Positions 1 through 6,680 of a stretch of 15,233 bases of DNA are shown here, piece after piece. The notes beneath the pieces were generated by a model that was given only the letters and a program-made list of their open reading frames with translations, did not search any database and had not been told where the DNA came from. Positions within the stretch are counted from its first letter, which is position 1, and each line of letters begins with the position of its first letter. This DNA comes from a virus: the IMG/VR virus record IMGVR_UViG_3300045988_162231, positions 1 through 15,233 of that record; one strand, given 5' to 3'. Both the position numbers and the translations under genes were made by a program.

Positions 1-207
1 AAGAGTTCATTATATAAACTTTTTATGTTCCCCAATTATGTAAACCGAACAAACATACGCAAACCTGCAACCTTAGAGCCGTAACGGTTACAAGGCTTAC
101 AATAACTGGAAATAACTCAAGTTAACATAATATTATTATTATTTTACAAAAAGCCTAAAAGCCTAGAGCCCCAAGGGATAGAGCGAGTTAACAAAATACA
201 AATAAGA

Positions 208-236
208 AGTTTACATAAAACTATATTATGTAAACT
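208..236. repeat. Perfect 11-bp inverted repeat inside the ITR (AGTTTACATAA - 7 nt - TTATGTAAACT); mirrored copy at 14998-15026
   Basis: Arms 208-218 and 226-236 are exact reverse complements. The arms are copies of the TTATGTAAAC motif, which also occurs at 35-45 and 244-254. Confidence 0.9.
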
Positions 237-295
237 AAAGTATATTATGTAAAGCCAATGTATTACATTTGTAATATTTATTTTTACTCTTTTTA

Positions 296-322
296 TTGAC
301 TTTTATCATTTTTTGTTATAAT
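296..322 (+). promoter_or_regulatory. Early promoter in the inner edge of the left ITR, reading inward
   Basis: TTGACT (296-301), a 15-nt spacer, then the extended -10 TGtTATAAT (314-322). The first + strand gene starts at 399. The short spacer is the weak point and the TG extension compensates. Confidence 0.6.
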
Positions 323-332
323 ATAGGTATAG

Positions 333-353
333 TCGATAGGGTAACCTAATCGA
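333..353 (+). promoter_or_regulatory. 5'-UTR stem-loop with GUAA tetraloop at the start of the left early transcript
   Basis: TCGATAGG-GTAA-CCTAATCGA forms 8 bp with one bulged A (348) and a GNRA-type loop. It begins a few nt after the start site predicted from the ITR promoter. Confidence 0.4.
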
Positions 354-398
354 AAATATATAGGGTTGTGACCGAACACAAGAAGGGAAGTAATACAA

Positions 399-812
399 AT
401 GGCTAATAAGTATGAGGTAAAAGTTAACGAAAAAAAAGGAAGTTGCGATAATGCACTTTTTGAAAAAATGGCAATGAAAGGTGATATTACTGCAACAAAA
501 CTATCTGAAGTATTAGGACAAGTAGTACATATTGTAGGATATGCAAGTTGTACTATTACAACAGAAGATAAGACTTTTGATATTAATTATTTTGATACAG
601 AAGAATTTGGACTAATAAGTTCTGGTAGCGAAATATTTTATGAAAGTGTAAAGGACTATTTTGAAAAAGTAGAAGAAGTAAGACTTACAGAAGTAAAAAC
701 TAAAAAAGGTAAGACATATAAAGCCGTTCCAATTTTAGATAAGAAAACAACAAACAAAGAAGAAACTACAAAGAAGGAAGAAGAAACAACAAACGACGAA
801 TTATCTTTTTAA
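399..812 (+). CDS. Putative single-stranded DNA-binding protein (SSB-like architecture)
   Basis: 137 aa with RBS AAGGGAAG upstream. It is the first gene of the replication operon. A beta-rich core is followed by a K/E/T-rich low-complexity linker and a C-terminal acidic tip ending in Phe (NDELSF). This resembles the bacterial SSB tip DDDIPF/DDDLPF and the terminal Phe of T7 gp2.5. No catalytic motif is present. Confidence 0.45.
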   Translation: MANKYEVKVNEKKGSCDNALFEKMAMKGDITATKLSEVLGQVVHIVGYASCTITTEDKTFDINYFDTEEFGLISSGSEIFYESVKDYFEKVEEVRLTEVKTKKGKTYKAVPILDKKTTNKEETTKKEEETTNDELSF

Positions 813-833
813 TTTGTAGGGAGTTGACAGTAA

Positions 834-1403
834 ATGGCTAATAAAAAAATTCCAATGACACATGCAAAGGTGTCATTGTTTAATGAAATGAAGAAGTTAG
901 CAAAAAGAGCTAATCAACGTATGTTAAGACTAGAACGACTTACTGGAATGACTGGCTCATTTGCTACTAAACAATTATATGACTATTTAGATAATGGAGT
1001 ATTACAAGCTATTACACCAAAGGGTAGAGTAGCTGTTAAAAAATCTTATTCTATAGATGAAATGAATTCAATTATAAAAGCCTTAAAAGATTTTATGAAT
1101 GATGTATCTACTACCCCTCAAGTAAGAAAATTAGTAAAAGAATATTCGGAACGTATAGGAAAGCCTATTGATATTGAAAGAGCTAATACAATATATCAAA
1201 TTGATACTAATTATAAATGGATATATGAATATTACGAGAGTGATTTTTGGGATATTGCAAGAGAAAGTGTTGTTGAAAATTGGTCGCTTGACGACTGGTT
1301 GGATAAAATACCAGCTAATGCAAGTAAAGAAATGGTAGTTGATGAAGAAATGAGATTAAAGCTTGAAAATTTATATACTTATACGAGGGATACAAAAATT
1401 TGA
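834..1403 (+). CDS. Putative terminal protein (assigned by position)
   Basis: 189 aa with RBS AGGGAG. The gene lies immediately upstream of the protein-primed DNA polymerase, and its stop overlaps the polymerase start, as with phi29 gene 3 and gene 2. It has a basic helical N-terminus (KKLAKRANQRMLRLERL) and a Ser/Thr/Tyr-rich C-terminus (LYTYTRDTKI). Only weak resemblance to phi29 TP is visible by eye. Confidence 0.45.
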   Translation: MANKKIPMTHAKVSLFNEMKKLAKRANQRMLRLERLTGMTGSFATKQLYDYLDNGVLQAITPKGRVAVKKSYSIDEMNSIIKALKDFMNDVSTTPQVRKLVKEYSERIGKPIDIERANTIYQIDTNYKWIYEYYESDFWDIARESVVENWSLDDWLDKIPANASKEMVVDEEMRLKLENLYTYTRDTKI

Positions 1404-3514
1404 TACATTGGTTAGAATATGAAGGACACATACCAAAAATCAAAGGAAAACGTAATAGGTTTGATAATACAATATATACATTTGATATAGAAACTACTTC
1501 TTATATTATACTAAATGGTAAACAAATGAATACTAAAAAATATTTGAAGTTATCTGATAAAGAAAAAGAACAATGCAAATTTTATGCTTGTATGTATATT
1601 TGGCAATTCGGAATAGACGATAAAGTTTATTATGGAAGAACTTGGGAAGAATTATATCATTTTTTAGAACGTATTGAATGGTTTGCTACAGATGTTAAAA
1701 AATATGTATTTGTACATAATTTAGGTTTTGAATTTCAGTTTTTAAGAAATTATTTTACTTTTTCTGATGTATTTGCAAGAAAAAGTCATAAAGTAATTAA
1801 AGCTACTATGAATGAATTTAATTTTGAATTTAGGTGTAGTTTATTTATGACGAATTTGCAACTTAAAAAACTACCAGATGTTTATAATTTACCAGTAGAA
1901 AAATTAGTAGGTGATTTAGATTACAATAAAATTAGACATTATGAAACAAAATTATCTGATGAAGAATTACATTATTGTGAGAATGACTGTCTGGTTGTAT
2001 ACGAATATATTAAAAAAGAGCTTGAGCAATACGAAACAGTAAAAAATATTCCTTTAACATCAACTGGACACGTAAGACGAGAACTTAAAGATACAGTTCG
2101 AACAAACTATCCATATAGAAATAAAGTTAGAAAAAGTATAAATACTGATGGACATATTTATAATTTACTTATTAAGGCATTTGCTGGGGGTTATACGCAC
2201 GCAAATTGGTTATATACAAATGAGATAGTAAAAGACATTACAAGTTTTGATTTTACGAGTTCTTATCCTTACGTAATGGTAACACATAAGTTCCCAAGTC
2301 GAACTTTTAGAAAATGCAATATAAAAAATAGAAGTCAAATGTTAAAATCTATGGCATATTTATTAGTAGTACGTTTTACAGATATAAGTTGTAAGTATTT
2401 CAATAATTTTATTAGTCAAAATAAATGTACAAAAATTAGGGGCGCTAAATTTGATAATGGTAGAATTATTGGAGCAAAAGAAATAGAAATCGTACTAACT
2501 GATGTTGATTTTTATTTTATTTTAGCTACTTATAGTTGTGAATACGAAATTCTAGAAAGTTATTATTCTAAATATGATTATTTGCCAAAAGATTATATTA
2601 ATTTTATTTTAGATAAATATGTTACTAAAACAAAGTATAAAGGAATTGAAGAAAAAAAGCTAGAATATAATTTAGAAAAAGCAAAATTTAATAGCTTATA
2701 TGGTATGACAGTTACTAATAATATTAAAGATATAGTAGTTTTTGATAATGAGGTTGGCTGGTCAGAATTAAAAATGACAAATGATGAAATAATATCAAAA
2801 TTAGAAAAAGAAAAAAAGGACGGCTTTTTGTCTTTTAGTTATGGTGTTTGGGTTACTGCTTGGGCTAGATATAATCTATTAACTAACGTAATAAAACAAG
2901 ATAAGTTCTGTGTTTATTGTGATACTGATAGTATGAAACTAAAAAAAGGTTTTGACATAAGCTATATAGACGAATATAACAAAAAAGTAATAGAAAAAAT
3001 AAAAGTAGCAAGTAAAGAATTAGAAATAGACATAGACAAATTTAAACCAAAAGATAGTAAAGGAAAAGAACATATTATAGGCTTATTTGATTTTGACGGA
3101 CACTATGAAGAATTTATAACACAAGGGGCTAAAAAATACGCATATACAAAATATATAGATAAATCTAAAATTAATGATAGTATGAACGTATTAAAAGTAA
3201 AAGATGATACGGCATTAATACTTGAAATAACGGTCGCTGGAGTTCCAAAACAAGGGGCTAAAGCACTTAAAAGTTTAAAAGATTTTAAAGACGATTTTGT
3301 ATTTGATTTTAAGTATACAAATAAAAATTTACTTATATATAATGATGAAATGAAACCGTTTGAGCTAACTGATTATAAAGGAAAAACAAGAACAGTTACA
3401 GATAAATATAGTTGTGTTTTAATTCCTACGACTTATGTGTTAGGAAAATCTGAGGAATACGCAAATTTACTTTCAGATGAAAGTTCAGCAAGAGCAATAT
3501 ATAATGAGGAGTGA
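1400..3514 (+). CDS. Protein-primed family-B DNA polymerase (phi29 gp2-like)
   Basis: 704 aa. Motifs: Exo I DIETTS, Exo II HNLGFEFQFL, Exo III YCENDCLVVY, motif A DFTSSYPYVM, motif B KAKFNSLYGM, motif C YCDTDSM, KxY GAKKYAY. Each lines up with phi29 gp2 (DFETTT, HNLKFDGAFI, YIKNDIQII, DVNSLYPAQM, KLMLNSLYG, YCDTDSI). The TTG start at 1400 overlaps the upstream TGA, and RBS GAGGGA is at 1385-1390. Confidence 0.97.
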   Translation: MIHWLEYEGHIPKIKGKRNRFDNTIYTFDIETTSYIILNGKQMNTKKYLKLSDKEKEQCKFYACMYIWQFGIDDKVYYGRTWEELYHFLERIEWFATDVKKYVFVHNLGFEFQFLRNYFTFSDVFARKSHKVIKATMNEFNFEFRCSLFMTNLQLKKLPDVYNLPVEKLVGDLDYNKIRHYETKLSDEELHYCENDCLVVYEYIKKELEQYETVKNIPLTSTGHVRRELKDTVRTNYPYRNKVRKSINTDGHIYNLLIKAFAGGYTHANWLYTNEIVKDITSFDFTSSYPYVMVTHKFPSRTFRKCNIKNRSQMLKSMAYLLVVRFTDISCKYFNNFISQNKCTKIRGAKFDNGRIIGAKEIEIVLTDVDFYFILATYSCEYEILESYYSKYDYLPKDYINFILDKYVTKTKYKGIEEKKLEYNLEKAKFNSLYGMTVTNNIKDIVVFDNEVGWSELKMTNDEIISKLEKEKKDGFLSFSYGVWVTAWARYNLLTNVIKQDKFCVYCDTDSMKLKKGFDISYIDEYNKKVIEKIKVASKELEIDIDKFKPKDSKGKEHIIGLFDFDGHYEEFITQGAKKYAYTKYIDKSKINDSMNVLKVKDDTALILEITVAGVPKQGAKALKSLKDFKDDFVFDFKYTNKNLLIYNDEMKPFELTDYKGKTRTVTDKYSCVLIPTTYVLGKSEEYANLLSDESSARAIYNEE

Positions 3515-3520
3515 TGAGAT

Positions 3521-3715
3521 ATGAGTAAGCAAAAAGATTTACAATTTATACAAGGTTTTAGTAAAATATCTATAACTAGTATATGCGAAAAAAATAATAT
3601 ATGTAAACAAAATATTTTTTCTGGAACTGCGTCCGAAAAAAATTTAGCAAAAGTAAAAGAAGAAGTACAAAAAGAATTTGCTAAATTGTATTTACAAGGT
3701 GATGACAATGAGTAG
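3521..3715 (+). CDS. Hypothetical small protein (64 aa), possible mini helix-turn-helix
   Basis: ATG with RBS GAGGAG upstream. The 3' end overlaps the ATPase start by 8 nt. The segment ISITSICEKNNICKQNIFSG loosely fits an HTH pattern. No firm family assignment. Confidence 0.5.
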   Translation: MSKQKDLQFIQGFSKISITSICEKNNICKQNIFSGTASEKNLAKVKEEVQKEFAKLYLQGDDNE

Positions 3716-4787
3716 AACACAAATACATTATAATTTGGATAAAATTGATAATTTAAATGCCAATTATAATTTGATATATGGTGAAAAATCTAACGGAAAA
3801 AGTTATCAAGTTAAGCACAAAAAAGGTATTGAAAAATACTTAAAAACGGGTAGAAGGTTCATCTTAATGAGACGTTGGGAAAGTGACTTAACTTCGGCTT
3901 GGATAGAAAGTTATTTTTCGGACGTAGATATACAAAAGCTAACTAACAATAAATATAATTGTGTAACTAAATTTAGAAATGAATTATATCTAACTACAAT
4001 GACAGAAGATTACAAGAAAAAAAGAGGAGAAAAAATAGGATATGCAATACCTATTTCACTTGAACAACGTTATTCTGGAGCAAGTTTTTTAGATGTAGAC
4101 GATATAATTGTCGAAGAGTTTATGAGTAGAGGTATTTATATTGTAAATGAGCCAAGCAAATTAATGACATTTTATAGTACAGTTGACAGAAAAAGAGGAA
4201 CTACTAAACTTTGGCTTGTAGGTAATACTGTAAGTAGAGTATGTCCGTATCTTAAAGAATGGGGTTTATATGATATAATGAAAAATCAAAAACAAGGTGA
4301 TATAAACACTACTATTATACATAATGAAGAAAATGACGTAAAAATTGCTGTAGAATATTGTAGGTCATCTGGTGGTAAAACAATGGCTATAGGACAAGCA
4401 AAAAATATGATAGACAAAGGCGAATGGCAAACAGACATACAACCAAAACTTCCAAAAAGTTATAAGGCTTATGATATATTATTTAGGTTTGGTTTTCAGT
4501 ATCAAAGTTTTAAATTTATATGTGAGTATTTAGTAGACAAGCAAGAAAAGAAATATCCTTGTTGGTTTATATATCCATACAATAAAAATTTTGAGGATAA
4601 CTTTATTGTTTTTTCTGATGAAATAAAATTAAGTCCTTATTGGCAACGTGATATATATAATATAACAATAAAAAACGAAAAACTTAAACATTTATTTCAA
4701 AGTTTTAGGGAAGATAAAATTTTTTTCAGTTCTGATATGTGTGGTACGGACTTTAAACAAGTAATTGATTTTAATATTAAGAGGTGA
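3708..4787 (+). CDS. DNA encapsidation (packaging) ATPase, phi29 gp16-like
   Basis: Start moved from the track's TTG 3678 to ATG 3708 (RBS AAGGTGATG 3696-3704). Matches to phi29 gp16: Walker A LIYGEKSNGKSY vs VIGARGIGKSY; FILMRRW vs FIYVRRY; GYAIPIS vs GWAIPLS; Walker B DDIIVEEF vs STIVFDEF; LVGNTVS vs CLSNAVS. Confidence 0.92.
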   Translation: MSRTQIHYNLDKIDNLNANYNLIYGEKSNGKSYQVKHKKGIEKYLKTGRRFILMRRWESDLTSAWIESYFSDVDIQKLTNNKYNCVTKFRNELYLTTMTEDYKKKRGEKIGYAIPISLEQRYSGASFLDVDDIIVEEFMSRGIYIVNEPSKLMTFYSTVDRKRGTTKLWLVGNTVSRVCPYLKEWGLYDIMKNQKQGDINTTIIHNEENDVKIAVEYCRSSGGKTMAIGQAKNMIDKGEWQTDIQPKLPKSYKAYDILFRFGFQYQSFKFICEYLVDKQEKKYPCWFIYPYNKNFEDNFIVFSDEIKLSPYWQRDIYNITIKNEKLKHLFQSFREDKIFFSSDMCGTDFKQVIDFNIKR

Positions 4788-4793
4788 TAAACT

Positions 4794-4922
4794 ATGCTTG
4801 AATATTTACAAGAATTATTACAAGATATACAAAATATCGATATTAAAGAACAAAAGCAAAAATCTTTTGCATTGGAAACTGCTATTGATATTTTATTAAA
4901 ATTAAGAAATGAGAAAGGGTGA
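4794..4922 (+). CDS. Small hypothetical protein (42 aa), not in the ORF track
   Basis: ATG at 4794 lies 3 nt after the strong RBS block AGAGGTGATAA (4780-4790). The ORF fills the gap between the ATPase and tail knob genes, and its TGA (4920-4922) sits within the RBS region of the next gene. Translation: MLEYLQELLQDIQNIDIKEQKQKSFALETAIDILLKLRNEKG (helical). Confidence 0.5.
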   Translation: MLEYLQELLQDIQNIDIKEQKQKSFALETAIDILLKLRNEKG

Positions 4923-4927
4923 TAAAA

Positions 4928-6595
4928 ATGGCAACATTACATAGTGAAATAATTTTATGTAGAAATATTAAACTTGATAAAAATTATATAAATGTATTAA
5001 GCTATTCAACTAATCAAATGCTTGATTTATGTAAACGTAATGCAATAGCAACCGCTAGTGACTATTCTTTTATTAGACAACATAATAATAATATATTTAC
5101 TGGTTTTACATACGAACAATGCTTACAAGCCAATTATATAGCTTTTCAAAATAAAGATTATAGTAACAAATGGTTTTTTGCATTTATTGATGAAGTAAAT
5201 TATTCAGGTGAAAGTAACACAGAAATTCGTTATACTATTGACGCTTGGTCTACATTTTTTGATGATTGGCAAAAACAACCTTGTTATATAACAAGACAAC
5301 ACGTAAACGATGATACAATAGGTGCAAATTTAATAGACGAAAATTTAAACGTTGGGGAAGTTGAGGCAATAAACGTAGTAAAAGACGACAGTTTAGACAA
5401 TACATATGGTTATTATATAATTGTAGGTTCTACTTGGGATATAGGGGATAATAACAACCCATCTAAACAAGTAGTAGGTTCTAGTCTATATAATGGTTTA
5501 ATATCTGCTGAAAAACTTTTTGTTATTTCTGGGGCATTTGGTGATAGTATTGTAGACGCTGTTAAAAATTTACAACTATTTCTTTTTCAATCTGCTGAGG
5601 ACGGACACTTAGCCGACGTAAGAAACGTATATATAGTACCTAATTTTTGTATAAGTCCAGCCGACTTACAATTACACGAAAAAACTACAGGAGAATATAC
5701 TTGTACATATTATACTTTAAATACTGGAGTAGATATACCTAGTGCAAAATTACAAGCAACTTGTACTACAAATTATAGAGGATATAAGCCAAAAAATAAT
5801 AAATGTTTTATTTATCCATATCATTATCTATTTGTTACTAACAATAATGGTAATAATAATATATACAAATATGAAAATTTTTCAAACTTTTTTAGTCCAG
5901 AATTTCAAATAAATTTGATAATGATGCCTGGGTGTTCTGGTAGAGTAATTCCACAAAATTATAAAGGTGTATCGGATAACGTTGACGAGAGCTTACCACT
6001 TGCAAAATATCCAATATGTGAATGGAATTGCGACGCATATATTATTTGGCTATCTGCTAATGCTGTAAATATTCCTACTCAAATTATGGGAGTTACTAAT
6101 AATTTAAGTGGTCAAGTTCAAAATGGTAATTTTTCTATAACTCCAGGAGCAAATGGTGGTATAGGTTCAACTGCTGGTTCTACAGCAAGTAATATTATAA
6201 ATGTTGCTGGAAATATTGCAAATATAATAGGACAATTTTATTCTGCGTCTTTACTTCCTAGTATTCAAGGTGGTAACAATACTGGTGATGTAAATTTTGT
6301 AAGTAATGCAAATAATATATTGATATATGAATATAAAGTAAAAGACCAATATTTAAAAGTTATTGACGAATATTTTACAAGATTTGGTTATAGAATAAAT
6401 GAAGTTACTATGCCAAATATTATAGGTAGACGTAATTGGAATTATATAGAAATACCAAGTTCCGAAAGTATTGGTTATGGAACAGTTCCTTCGCAATATA
6501 TGGAACAAATTAATAATGCTTGTCGTAAAGGTGTAACTATTTGGCATAATCACGATAATTTAGGAAATTTTAATTTGGATAATTCTATAGTATAA
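4928..6595 (+). CDS. Tail knob / distal tube protein, phi29 gp9-like
   Basis: Start moved from GTG 4919 to ATG 4928 (RBS AAAGGGTGATAAAA). Matches to phi29 gp9: YIAFQNKDYSNKWFFAFIDEV vs YIMFQNADYGNKWFYAFVTEL; C-terminus FGYRINEV...GVTIWHNHDNLGNF vs YGYKINRV...GITLWHTDNIGNY. A Gly/Ala/Ser/Asn-rich hydrophobic loop is encoded at 6143-6298. Confidence 0.9.
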   Translation: MATLHSEIILCRNIKLDKNYINVLSYSTNQMLDLCKRNAIATASDYSFIRQHNNNIFTGFTYEQCLQANYIAFQNKDYSNKWFFAFIDEVNYSGESNTEIRYTIDAWSTFFDDWQKQPCYITRQHVNDDTIGANLIDENLNVGEVEAINVVKDDSLDNTYGYYIIVGSTWDIGDNNNPSKQVVGSSLYNGLISAEKLFVISGAFGDSIVDAVKNLQLFLFQSAEDGHLADVRNVYIVPNFCISPADLQLHEKTTGEYTCTYYTLNTGVDIPSAKLQATCTTNYRGYKPKNNKCFIYPYHYLFVTNNNGNNNIYKYENFSNFFSPEFQINLIMMPGCSGRVIPQNYKGVSDNVDESLPLAKYPICEWNCDAYIIWLSANAVNIPTQIMGVTNNLSGQVQNGNFSITPGANGGIGSTAGSTASNIINVAGNIANIIGQFYSASLLPSIQGGNNTGDVNFVSNANNILIYEYKVKDQYLKVIDEYFTRFGYRINEVTMPNIIGRRNWNYIEIPSSESIGYGTVPSQYMEQINNACRKGVTIWHNHDNLGNFNLDNSIV

Positions 6596-6630
6596 AAAAA
6601 TAAACTAGAGGTGATAACCTCTAGTTTTAG
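6594..6630. terminator. Bidirectional intrinsic terminator between the convergent arms
   Basis: The 10-bp stem AAACTAGAGG (6602-6611) pairs with CCTCTAGTTT (6618-6627) around the loop TGATAA. On the minus strand the hairpin is followed by A + U7 (6601-6594). On the plus strand it is followed by a shorter U tract. Confidence 0.85.
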
Positions 6631-6674
6631 TTTCTAAAGAGTAAATATAAAATTGAATAATAGTAGCTTGGAAT
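6594..6674 (-). ncRNA. Candidate ~80-nt non-coding RNA (orphan promoter to terminator)
   Basis: Predicted start is near 6674 (7 nt after the -10) and the end is at the U7 tract 6600-6594. It contains no AUG. The 3' hairpin loop plus arm reads UUAUCACCUCU. This is a prediction only; no expression data are available. Confidence 0.3.
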
Positions 6675-6680
6675 GATTAA

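Larger units (their letters stand above)
1..327. repeat. Left inverted terminal repeat (327 bp, perfect)
   Basis: Checked block by block: 1-327 equals the reverse complement of 14907-15233 with no mismatch, and identity ends at 328 vs 14906. No RBS-preceded ORF lies inside. It begins 5'-AAGAG and contains many short iterated motifs and GC-richer islands. Confidence 0.97.

Noticed and set aside
25-84. 19-codon ORF inside the ITR (ATG at 25)
   Set aside because: It has no RBS, lies upstream of every predicted promoter, and would be duplicated at both ends. I treat it as chance.
328-398. Spo0A (0A) boxes TGNCGAA near promoters, e.g. AGTCGAT 332-338, AATCGAA 348-354, TGACCGAA 369-376, and GGTCGAA on the minus strand at 13723-13729
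   Set aside because: All deviate from the consensus at one or more fixed positions. Such near-matches are expected by chance and cannot be called binding sites from sequence alone.
397-409. 13-nt identity AAATGGCTAATAA at the starts of the first two genes (also 832-844; both proteins begin MANK)
   Set aside because: It is too short to indicate duplication, and the proteins diverge immediately afterwards. It is probably a favoured translation-initiation context.
3433-3720. 95-aa ORF on the minus strand
   Set aside because: It is antisense to the polymerase 3' end, the 64-aa ORF and the ATPase start, all of which are well supported. It has no RBS and a low-complexity hydrophobic composition typical of shadow ORFs in AT-rich DNA.
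6353-6553. 66-aa ORF on the minus strand
   Set aside because: It lies entirely antisense to the most conserved C-terminal part of the gp9-like tail knob gene and has no RBS.
6594-6674. Could the orphan ~80-nt RNA be the phi29-type packaging RNA?
   Set aside because: It is far shorter than the functional pRNA core (about 120 nt). Apart from the terminator hairpin it looks unstructured and U/A-rich. I keep it as a generic sRNA candidate only.
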